DNA from: Camelus dromedarius
Taxonomy: Eukaryota
Assembly: GCF_036321535.1 (NCBI RefSeq)
Contig: NC_087472.1
Span: 97,714,001 to 97,778,000, forward strand
Reading direction: 5' to 3'
DNA: 64,000 nt
Every line of letters starts with the position of its first letter. The first letter of the stretch is position 1. The notes under the pieces were generated by a model. That model saw only the letters and a program-made list of their open reading frames with translations, did not search any database and was not told where the DNA came from. Both the position numbers and the translations under genes were made by a program. Positions 53,030 to 64,000 of the stretch are shown piece by piece.

Positions 53030-53340
53030 GCTCTGTCATGGTTGAGCCCTAGATTTGACAGTCATTAATTTGCTATTAATAATTCTTACTGTTACAGAGA
53101 CTCACTTCGCCAGCCTCAGGAAGAGTTTGTTCTTTAGACACCCGTTGATTTAAGCAGCCTGTCAAATTGATTCAGACATTCAAGGTAAGAAAGAGATGTA
53201 ATTAAATCTTTTCAACATACTGGCTAAGCACTCATCTCCTGCCAGCGATAGATACAATTTGGGAGTTGCTGTGATTTCTTTACCCTCGCCCTGAATATAT
53301 TTTTAAATGATTTGTAATGCTGTAAATGCCTGTCAGCCAG
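53030..53340. promoter_or_regulatory. Candidate homeodomain/TALE enhancer
   Basis: Four TGACAG/CTGTCA sites (53033, 53056, 53159, 53330), TGATTTAA at 53146 and several TAAT cores in repeat-free DNA. Confidence 0.4.
53098..53184 (+). other. Candidate 87-nt non-coding exon
   Basis: Acceptor 'ttcttactgttacag', donor 'AAG|gtaaga'; all three frames contain stops. Confidence 0.35.
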
Positions 53341-54530
53341 TAGTAGACTTCGTGTTACTTGGGAACGTTAAACCATTTCCCAGTTAGATGAGTAAAGAAA
53401 GTTCACCTCAAAAAACTAGCTGGATAGTTTTTCCTGACACTAACGATGTGTGGCAACTATGACATACGTACATTGGTATATATTATTGCCTTCCATTTTG
53501 GGTTGATACAGAGTGGAAATGGCAAAGATGAGATTATCTATCAAAGTAAGTAATTCTAGATTGTTTTCCCCTGATTCTTTGCCTAGACGTTGCAAATTCA
53601 GTGGAACTGGAAACTTCAGTTCAGATTAGGGGGCGAGAACACTGTTTCAGGCAGGGAAGTCACTATCACAGTGTTGCGGGGACTCAATGCTGTGTCTCTA
53701 GCTCTGTTATTGGATCCCCTGCCTGCTGTGACCTACAGAGCTGACCTGTGCGCAAATGCCATCTCTTCTCACTTGCTCCCTTGTTTCTCTTTCTCTCATC
53801 ACACCCTGAGTTTCCTTGAGCTCTGTCATAGATCTCTGACCTTCGTACCTCAGGGAAGACAGAATAAATTCCGGAACTGTGTGTCTTACTATAAATGTGT
53901 GGGAAAGGCTGGACTGGGCACAAGTAAAGGTCACCTTGCGGCTGCCCCACTTGATCTGTGCCCTTTTGTGAACAGTAGTAGTAAATATATCAGCTCTTAG
54001 CCTGGTCTAAATACCGGATTCATAGAGAAATCCAGCGGGAAAACAGTACTCTCTCCGTAAAGGGGTTTTCAGGCCTTATGCTACTAAAATCAGCTATTTT
54101 GTCTTGAGAACAAGATGGCCTTTTCATTTACGTGCAAAAATTGTTCTACCACAAATGGAAAAGTGTCTGAAAATGCCAGTGATGCCCCCCCATGAAGGAT
54201 TCTCCCCTTGCGGGGTTCTTCTGATTATCCTGTTGAATTGCTTAACCTCTGCTTCTAAAACATACCCTGAAATTGCTACTGAAATACACTTGTTGCTGAG
54301 AGTTATCACTGGTACAGTAAAGACTTAACTCCGGTGTGCAGTACAAGGAAAACACTGGCTTTGGAAACTAGGATATATTATGTAGTTCCAGTGGTTTGCG
54401 TTATGGGGGTGCCACAGAAGGTAAATACATGTATCAAACTGCCAATCTGGTGGGAAGGCAAAATATATACAAATGGAAAAACAGCAGAGATTTACAGAGC
54501 AACAAATAGAATAATACATGTAATAATCAT

Positions 54531-54946
54531 TGTATCAGTGAGCTAGTGCTACTGACCACCACAAAAGTCTCGGTGGTTATAATAAGAATTGATTTCTCTG
54601 TGATTCTGCTGAAGTTTAGCTGATATAGGCAGAGCTCAGCCGGGCTTGACTGCAGGCCTTGAGTTTGATTCAGACCTGGTCCACTTGAGTGTCCTGCTTG
54701 TACCAAAGGGCTACCTCTTCTAAAGGTGATAGAGGTCAGAAGCTCCCAGAGAACAGAGTAAAGCAGGCAGTGCCTCTTAAGGCATTGTGTTGAAGTAGCA
54801 CACAGTCAGCTGTGCCAACATAACATTGGCTAAAGCAAATCGCATGACTGAGTCCAATAGCAATGGGGCATGAAAGTGTACTCCCCCTATAAAGTAGGGA
54901 GGGGCGGGAGTGATAATTACTGAAGAAATAACCCTCATCTACCACA
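54531..54946 (-). mobile_element. MaLR solo LTR (MLT1G/H-like)
   Basis: TG...CA ends ('tgtatcagtgagc'...'catctaccaca'); 'cattggctaaagcaaatcgcatgactgagtcc'. Confidence 0.75.
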
Positions 54947-55864
54947 ATTCTTAATTTTTTTCAGTAGAAGTGACATGAAAGACTAGAGGAATCTGTATGG
55001 TAGGTGGGTTACAGCAGGAGTTTTGAAAAAATCTAGGTGCCTTCTGGGCAGTTATGGTAATAGACTCAAGGCCTATCTGTAAACTTTCTATAAAATTTTT
55101 CGTGGTTCGTTCAGCAACAAGGTGAGTTACAGTTTTCTCATCTTAAATGGCAAGGGGGTCGGGAATGCAGTAAGTCTTCTAAACCAGGACCTATTAGAAA
55201 AAGAAACTTATTCTTCCATCATAAAATTAGTATTTTGATATTTTTTATGGAGAAGTTTGCTGACACTTTAAGCTGTTCATGAACCCCATTAAGAAGAGGT
55301 TGCTGACTGTCACAGCCAGCCTCCAACTTGTACTCCCTCTGTGTTAAAATTTGTCTTCTGTTCACCGCCATTCTGGCCCTCGAAGTCGGTCCTCCCTGAA
55401 ATGTATTTTCACTTGGTACAGTCTGAATAGCATGTCCAGGGATGATTACATAGTGGAATATTTCTCTGTTATTGTCACATATTTAGCTTGTCTCCACTTA
55501 AGCACACATCCCTGAAAGGGGTTGATAAGTCTCCAGCCTGCAGTTCATAGTGAGTATGTGTGGAAGCAGGATGTGGAGCAAAGCTCTCACTCTTCCCTTT
55601 AAATTCATTCATCTAGATTCATTCATCTGGATGACCAATTAAAATTCATGAAGAAGAAGAGAACATTTGAATATAGAATTGGGACACCAATATATGAAAT
55701 GTCATTGTAAGGAATTCCAATTTTCTCTGTAACTAGCTATAGTACTCTGGGAAAGACGTTCTCTGCCGCACAGTTTTTTCCCTGAGTTTTTGTTTGATTT
55801 TTAAGGATTGGACTAGGTGGACTTCAGAATTTTAGTGTTGGTTCTTTCAAGCTGAAGCAGCAAC

Positions 55865-56308
55865 TTTTTTTATTGAAATACAGTTGATTTACAATGTTGT
55901 GTTAATTTCTGGTGTACAGCATAGTGATTCACTTACACATATATATATTCATTTTCATATTTTTCATTATAGGTTATTACAACATACTGAATATAGTTCC
56001 CTGTGCTATACAGTGGGACCTTGTTTATCTGTTATATATATAGTAGTTTGTATCTGTTAATCCCAAACTCCTAATTCATCCCTCCCACCCTCTTCCCCTT
56101 TGGTAACCATAAGTTTGTTTTCTGTGTCTGAGTATATTTCTGTTTTGTAAATAAATTAATTTGTATCACTTTTTTAGGTTCCACATATAAGTGATCTAGG
56201 ATGTTTGTCTTTCTCAGTCTGACTGACTTAATTTAGTATGAAAATCTCTAGGTCTATCTGTGTTGCTGCAAATGGCATTACTTCATTCTTTTTTATGGCT
56301 GAGTAGTA

Positions 56309-56364
<56 letters not shown>

Positions 56365-56763
56365 AAAACATATTCTTTATCCAGTCATCTATCGATTGAC
56401 ATTTAGGTTGCTTCTATGTCTTGACATTTGTGAATAGTGTAGCTATGAACATTGGGGTGCAAAGAGTTTTCTCCAGTTACATGCCCAGGAGTGGGATTGC
56501 TGGATCATATGATAACTCTGTTTTTATTTATTTTTTTGATGAATCTCTATACCGTTTCCACAGTGGCTACACTAAATTACATTCCCATCAACAGTGTAAG
56601 AGGGTTCCCTTTTCTCCACACCTTCTCCTGCATTTATTGTTTGTGAACTTTTAAATCATGGCCATTCCCACTGGAGTGAGGTGACACCTCATTGTAGTTT
56701 TGATTTGCATTTCTCTGATAATTAGCGATTTGAGCATCTTTCATGTGCCTGTAGACCATCTGT
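55865..56763 (-). mobile_element. 5'-truncated cetartiodactyl L1 with internal (GT)n at about 56313-56362
   Basis: 3' end 'tttattgaaatacagttgatttacaatgttgtgttaatttctggtgtacagc'; TSD ctgaagcag(c/t)aac at 55852-55864 and 56764-56776. Confidence 0.92.
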
Positions 56764-58486
56764 CTGAAGCAGTAACATTTTTTAAATTCTACGATCAGTT
56801 TAACATGAAATAAATATAAGAAGGAAAATAAATATAGGGAGCATAGAATCCAAATTGACATAGGGAGAAAAAAAGTGAACATAATTAGGATTCTACCATT
56901 GAATACAGAAGTACAAGTCACAGAATAAGGGAGTTCAAGAAGCAGAGTCAGACATACAGGACCAAAGTTTCAAGGTGAGCCACTTGGCCCACCTGGCAGC
57001 TGGCCTGTGCATCACTGGTCTGATGCTAGAGCCCTGGGTTGCTCCTAGAAGAGCATTTACCTTCAGCACCTTAGGTGAGAAGATGTTGAGTGATAGAACT
57101 TTGTAGATGATAAAGTTATTTCCCTCACAAAGAGGTAGTTCGTAAGTCCCTTTAAGTCCCTGGCTGTACATATCATAGACAGTGTTCTTTTTTATCTGTT
57201 AGAAAAGCTTTTGTTTCTCATTGTAAAATTGGGCTAGATTCTACCTTTGAGTTTCCCCAGAGTTACAGTTTCTTAAAGAAAGAAGACATTATTTTCACTG
57301 AATTCTTGAAGTACATTGCAAAGTATTTCCCATTGGGAACTCCTTTGATTTTTCAATATAAACCACCCACATTTGGGTTCCTTTAATAATTATAATGATT
57401 CCATTTTTGAAAAGAAAGTCATAAGAATATTCTGAAATACAGTATGCCACTGTTTTCTTGGAAAACCCAAGTTGTATGATATATGGAATGTTAAGGATTT
57501 TGCACACTGTTATGTTGTTAATGAGTCACTATTAATTTTTATATTGTAGAGATACGGGGACGATGTTCAAGATAGCTTGTAGGACTTTTATCCAGAGATG
57601 TGATGAATCAATGCTCTAAATTCTAGGACATATTTTGCAGTGATAGGAAAAAAGCAATGACCAAAGACTTATGAAATATAAGTTAGTAGACTTCTCTGAA
57701 CGGAATTATCTTTTTTTTTTCTGTATGAGACATGTCTTTAAGACATCCTGTATGTTAAGGTCAGCAACGATTAATTTAGAAAATGTGAATGTTAATTAAA
57801 GGCATGGTTTCAGAAGAAATCTTTTAAACATTTGGCTTATGCTGGTTAATTAGAAGAGCAAAAATTACTCCATTGTGTAAGTATAGGGAGAGTTTCTTCT
57901 TCCCAGTAATGTGACTACATACCTGTTTGGGTTGTATGAAAAGAGAAGAAATCATTAGGCAAGTAAAGTACCTAAGGAGACATCGACTTTGAGTTTTTAA
58001 ATTATTTCTAATATTAGATTTTATGGAGCTATACCAGTGTACCTAGTCCTCATCCAACAGAGACAATAGCCAAAGTTGCAAAGCTATAAAAAGGGTGGAA
58101 CTATCCACCATGGTTTTGTCTTTATAGATAAATGCAAACCCAATGGCAAAAACGTTCTAGGATTTCTCCTGCTGTAACTTTTGATCTGACTAATTAATGG
58201 TGTAATCTGTAGAGCACCACAACTGGTCAAATCTTGGAAGTACCTATTACTCAAATGAAGCTATTTCTTTGTATTTATTGTTGGTTTGACAAAACCTATA
58301 ATTAGTTTTTCAGAACTGCTCTTGCTTCCTTTTCATATAGCCTAAAATATAAGACATTTATGAATAGCTAAGATTTTGCATAAAGTCTTCAAACCTTCTC
58401 CAAATTTTTGTCATGAGGTAGAAGCAACCTTGATAACCAAGGGAAATCTATCAGGTTGAGAAATTTGCAACATGCCAAATTATTGC

Positions 58487-58508
58487 TGTGTGTGTGTGTG
58501 TGTGTGTG
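58487..58508. repeat. (TG)n microsatellite
   Basis: Seen directly. Confidence 0.9.
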
Positions 58509-59373
58509 CGCGTGCTCATGCATACCCACACACAAAGTGAGATACTCATATAGGGATTTGTTACACTCAAGTGGGAGGTACCTGGGGCCCTTCCTAGGAA
58601 AACTCATAATACATCACAGTGATTCAGTGTGTTGCCTGCTCACTACTCCACCCCAGAGGTAAAATCTGTTAAAATTAGCACCGAGAGCAATAATGACGAG
58701 GATAAGGTTGAGAGAGATGATGACTATAGTGCTGGGGTAATGAGGATCAGGGTCTGGTTATGAATTGATGAATTGTATTCTCTTACAGTAATGCTTTCTT
58801 TTCTGTTTTCTCATCTGTACCCCCACCATTCTGAGTCATTGGGACACTGAATACCTGATTTCCAAAGGAGGGACCCTGTAAAATTATCTGTCCCAATTTG
58901 TCAAAACTAGAGAGAATGACTAAGAACCAGTTTGTATTCTAGCCTCTGTTTTTTATTTTAATTCACAATTGTACTTAATACATAAAACCATTGAGCAGAA
59001 GTTATAGGGCCTACCCATTTCTATTTTAAATATCTTTATTTATAATAAGTCAAGCATGAAATCTGAATCTCATGATTTTTGAGTGAGTTATATTGAAATC
59101 TATATACTAACCGTTTAAAGTTTTGACAAATTTTTGCAATATGCATGATTTTACTTATTTAAGATACATTGCAAAAATTAAAATATACTCAAAGTATATT
59201 TTCAAACACACCCATTGAAAACCAGCAAGTATTTATCATATATATTTTTGTATATATTTTAAAAGTTTACTTCATACTAGGAAAAAAAATTCCATGTATT
59301 TTATTCCTTTAGTAATATCATTAAAACAGATTGTGCTATGAGAGGGGAAAAAGAAAAGAGTAAAGCATTTTTT

Positions 59374-62300
59374 ATTTATTTATTATTTATTTTTATTGAG
59401 TTATAGTTGGTTTACAATACTGTGTTAGTTTCTGGTGTACAGCACAATTTTTCAGTCATACATGAATGTACATAATTTCATTCTCATATTATTTCTCCCC
59501 ATGAGTTACCACAAGATCTTGTATATATTTCACTATGTTATACAGTCTAATCTTGTTTATCTATTCTATATATGCCTGTCAGTATCTACCAATGTCGAAC
59601 TCCCAGTCTGTCCTTTCCCACCCGCCTCCCCCTTGGCAACCACAAGTTTGTATTCTATGTCTGTGAGTCTGTTTCTGTTTTATATTTAAGTTCATTTGTC
59701 TTTTTTTTTTTTTTTTGATTCCACATATGAGCGATATCATATGGTATTTTTCTTTCTCTTTCTGGCTTACTTCACTTAGAATGACATTCTCCAGGGACAT
59801 CCATGTTGCTGCAAATGGCATTATGTTGTCATTTTTACGGCTGAGTAGTATTCCATTGTATAAGTATATCACAACTTCTTTATCCAGTCATCTGTTGATG
59901 GACATTTAGGTTGTTTCCATGTCTTGGCTATTGTAAATAGTGCTGCTGTGAATACTGGGGTGCAGGTGTCTTTTTGAATTAGGGTTCCTTCCATGCCCAG
60001 GACTGGGACTGCTGGGTCATATGGTAAGTCTATTGCTAGTCTTTTGAGGAATCTCCATACTGTTTCCCACAATGGCTGCACCAAACTGCATTCCCACCAG
60101 CAGTGTAGGAGGGTTCCCTTTTCTCCACATCCTCTCCAGCATTTGTCATTTGTGGACTTTTGAATGATGGCCGTTCTGACTGGTGTGAGGGGATACCTCA
60201 TTGTAGTTTTGATTTGCATTTCTCTGATAATTAGTGATATTGAGCATTTTTTCATGTGCCTATTGGTCATTCGTATGTCTTCCTTGGGGAATTGCTTGTT
60301 TAGGTCTTGTGCCCATTTTTGGATTGGGTTGTTTGTTTTTTTTCTTATTAAGTCATATGAGCTGTTTATATATTCTGGAGATCAAGCCTTTGTCGGTTTC
60401 ATCTTTTGCAAATATTTTCTCCCATTCTGTAGGTTGTCTTTTTGTTTTGCTTATGGTTTCCTTTGCCGTGCAAAAGCTTGTAAGTTTAATTAGGTAGGTC
60501 CCATTTGTTTATTCTTGCTTTTATTTCTATTGCTTGGGTAGACTGCCCTAGGAGAACATTTTTTGAGATGTATGTGAGAGAATGTTTTGCCTATGTTTTC
60601 TTCTAGGAGGTTTATTGTATCTTGTCTTATGTTTAAGTCTTTGATCCATTTTGAGTTTATTTTTGTGTATGGTGTAAGGGAGTATTCTAGCTTCATTGAT
60701 TTACATGCTGCTGTCCAGCATTCCCAACACCATTTGCTGAAGAGACTGTCTTTATTCCATTGTATATTCTTGCCTCCTTTGTCAAAAATTAATTGACCAA
60801 AAGTTTGTGAGTTTATTTCTGGGCTCTCTGTTCTGTTCCATTGGTCCATATGTCTGTTTTTGTACCAATACCATGCTGTTTTGATTACTGTAGCTCTAGT
60901 ATAGTCTGAAGTCTGTGAGGGTTGTTCCTCCAGCCTCTTTCTTTTTCTTCAGTAATGCTTTGGCAATTCTAGGTCTTTTGTGGTTCCATATAAATTTCAT
61001 TATGATTTGTTCTAGTTTGTGAAAAATGTCCTGGGTAATTTGATAGGGATTGCATTAAATCTGTAGATTGCCTTGGGCAGTATGACAATTTAACAATATT
61101 GTTTTGTCCAGTCCAAAAGCATGGGATATCTTTCCATTTTTTTTTAAGCCTTTTATTTCCTTAATCAGTGTTCTATAGTTCTCCGTATATAAGTTTTTCA
61201 CCCACTTGGTTAGATTTATTCCTAGGTATTTTATTACTTTGGGTGCTATTTTAAAAGGGACTGTTTCTTTACCTTCTTTTCCTGTTGATTCATCATTAGT
61301 GTAAAGAAATGCAACTGATTTTTGTACATTAATTTTGTATCATGCTACCTTGCTAAATTATTTGATTAGTTCCAGTAGTTTGTGTGGAACTTTTAGGGTT
61401 TTCTATATATACTATCATGTCGTCTGCCTATAGTGACAATCTTACCTCTTTTCCAATTTGGATCCCTTTTATTTCTTTCTCTTGCCTGATTGCTGTGGCT
61501 AGGACTTCCAAGACTTTTGTTGAGTAGGAGTGGTGAGAGCGGACAACCTTGTCTTGTCTGAGATTTTAGTGGGAAGGTTTTCAGTTTTTCACCGTTCAGT
61601 ACTATGCTGGCTGTAGGTTTGTCATAAATAGCTTTTGTTATGTTGAGATATGTTCCCTCTATACCCACTTTGGTGAGAGTTTTTATCATAAATGGGTGTT
61701 GAATTTTATCAAGTGCTTTTTCTGCATCTATTGAGATGATCATGTGATTTTTGTCCTTTCTCTTGTTGATATGGTATATTACATTGATTGATTTGTGTAT
61801 GTTGAAACATCCTAGTGTCCCTGGGATGAACTCAACTTGATCATGGTGTATGATCTTTTTTAATGTGCTGTTGGATTCTGTTTGCTAATATTTTGTTGAG
61901 GATTTTTGCATCTATGTTCATCAGTGATACTGGTCTGTAATTTTCTTTTTTGGTAGTGTCTTTGTCTGGTTTTAGTATCAGGGGGATGGTGACTTCATAG
62001 AATGAGTTTGGGAGTACTCCCTCCTTTTCAAACTTCTGAAAGAGTTTTAGAAGGACTGGTATGAGTTCTTCTTTTGTATGTTTGGTAGAATTCCCCAGTG
62101 AAGCCATCCGGTTCTGGATTTTTATTTGTAGGGAGGTTTTTTTTATTGCAAATTCAATTTAATTTCTAGTGATTGGTTTGTTCAAGTGGTTAATTTCTTA
62201 TTGATTCAGTCTTGGTGGACTGTATATTTCCAGAAACCTGTTCATTTCTTCTAGGTTATCCATTTTGTTTCCATATAGTTGTTCATAGTATTCTCGTATG

Positions 62301-63129
62301 ATACTTTGTATTTCTGTGGCATTGTAATTTCTCCATTTTCCTTTCTTATTTTGTTTATTTGTGCTCTCTCTTTTCTCTTCTTCGTGAGTTTGGCCAGAGG
62401 TTTGTCAATTTTGTTTACTCTTTCGAAAGACCAGCTCTTGTTTTGGTTGATTTTTTTCTAATTTTTTTTTAATTCTATTTTATTTATTTCCTCCTTGATG
62501 TTTATTATTTCCTTCCTTCTGCTGACTTTTGGGTTTTTTTTTTTTTCCTCTTCTTTTTCTAATTCTTTTACTGGTAGGTTAGATTGTTTATTTGAGATTG
62601 TTCTTTTTTTAAGGAAGGCCTGTATCGCTATAAACTTCCCTCTTAGCACTGCCTTTGCTGCATCCCATAGATTCTGTGTGGTTGTGTTTTCATTATCATT
62701 TGTCTCAAAGTATTTTTTAATTTCTTCTTTGATTTCATCATTGACTTATTGTTTTTTTAATAACATGTTGTTTAATCTCCATACTGTCATTTTTTTCTCC
62801 TTTGTTTTTCTGTAGTTGATTTCTCGTTTCATGGCATTGTGGTCAGAAAAGATGCTTGAAATAATTTCTATCTTCTTTAAATTCTTGAGGCTTCTTTTGT
62901 GCCCAAGTACATAATCTATCCTAGAAAATATTCCATGTGCACTTGAAAAGAATATATATTCTATTTTGGGGGGATGTAATGTTCTGAAAATATCAACCAA
63001 ATTTAGTTGTTCTATTGTATCACTTAATTTCTCTGTTGCCTTATTTATTTTCTGTCTAGAAAATCTGTCCTGTGATGTTAATGGGGTATTAAAGTCTCCT
63101 ACAGTGATTGTGTTCCCATCAGTTTCTCC
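59374..63129 (-). mobile_element. Young camelid-type L1, 3.76 kb, 5'-truncated in the endonuclease domain, ORF2 frameshifted
   Basis: Perfect TSD taaagcatttttt (59361-59373, 63130-63142) at a TT/AAAA site; ORF2 peptides 'FSSAHGIFSRIDY', '[31 protein letters not shown]', '[18 protein letters not shown]', '[11 protein letters not shown]', '[18 protein letters not shown]'. Confidence 0.97.
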
Positions 63130-64000
63130 TAAAGCATTTTTTAAATTGAGAATCCCATCCTATGTAATTCTAGTAATATTCTACAAGAATTAAAATTAAT
63201 TTAGTATTGGTTTTAATTGATTTGCTTATTCAAATAAATTCATATAATGAATCAAAGACTTTTGTTCTTAATTCAGGTAAGAAATTTTATTACATAAATA
63301 TAACAAAAATATTTTAAATTTTTTAATAAAAGACTACATTTCTTAATCATTTAGATAAAACAGGGTTTTTTTGTTTGTTTCCTAATTTGGAACCAAACTT
63401 TTTTTCCCTGTTGAATTCTGTTATGTAGTTTCCCAGGTTAAATACATCATGGCGGGTTATGTACAAGCCACGAGTTAAATAGGGTCTACCCCGCCTGTGA
63501 GTTAGAGATGGAGGGATCAAGGTAGTCTTTGGGTCATTAAGAGATTCTAATATATACATTACACTCTTGAGACCATTCTGCATTCATGCATCGTCATCTA
63601 CTTATCTCAATTATTTTTAATGAGTCATCTAGGTAAGCAATATGAGGGGAGCTTTAGAAAAGGAGTGTTTCTGTAGATAATTATACTGAAAGCATGTGCT
63701 TTGTCAAACGTATTATTAATGCATCATAAATAGTTTCTAAGAACATATGTGATTCCATAAAACCTGTCAGGGGAGATGTATGCTCATAAAAAAAAAGCAG
63801 GTGCAATTATTGCTGAGTGTCTGTGGTGCTTCATGAGTAATGGAAAAATAACTGTACAAATATTAATGTGGCCAAATGAAACTCAGTTTGAGCAGAGCAG
63901 GAAACCATAGCAACTCATCTTTTTCACCCTGAAATAACAAGAATTGTAACCGGACAATGATCTCAAGACAACATATTCCTACCCAAGTATTATTTGATTT

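Noticed and set aside
53590..54000. 136-aa + strand ORF
   Set aside because: It has a non-ATG start and no recognisable homology, and the nearest upstream donor would give only a 41-nt intron.
59129..59179. 12-bp inverted repeat AATTTTTGCAAT/ATTGCAAAAATT
   Set aside because: It is short and AT-rich with a 27-nt loop, is expected by chance, and is not a miRNA-like hairpin.
59579..63000. RT/endonuclease-like ORFs as a functional gene
   Set aside because: They are frameshifted fragments of a 5'-truncated L1 ORF2.

Overview
AT-rich mammalian genomic DNA, most likely camelid by inference: the young L1 3' ends are of cetartiodactyl type, and I see no ruminant Bov-tA/BovB, pig PRE1, cetacean CHR2 or primate Alu SINEs. 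Roughly half of the window is transposon relics (L1, HAL1, L2, MIR, MaLR/ERVL solo LTRs, hAT-Charlie MERs) and microsatellites. I cannot identify any host protein-coding gene. Nearly all listed ORFs are L1 ORF2 debris or chance ORFs. L1 orientation bias and several + strand exon-like segments suggest the window may lie inside a long + strand transcription unit. The main unexplained structure is a ~2.9 kb GC-rich, highly diverged, hierarchical tandem array at 46472-49352 (about 43 bp monomer, 129 bp trimer, ~258 bp hexamer). It has CTCF-like cores in register and a CpG-retaining right half. Other oddities are a 358 bp 'mini-L1' (L1 5' end fused to L1 3' end, perfect TSD), an ancient 5'-intact but ORF2-deleted L1 that splits a MER58A, and a local 220 bp duplication with strongly GC-skewed divergence. 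Repeat subfamily names are recognised from memory of consensus sequences, not from a database search, and most boundaries are approximate.
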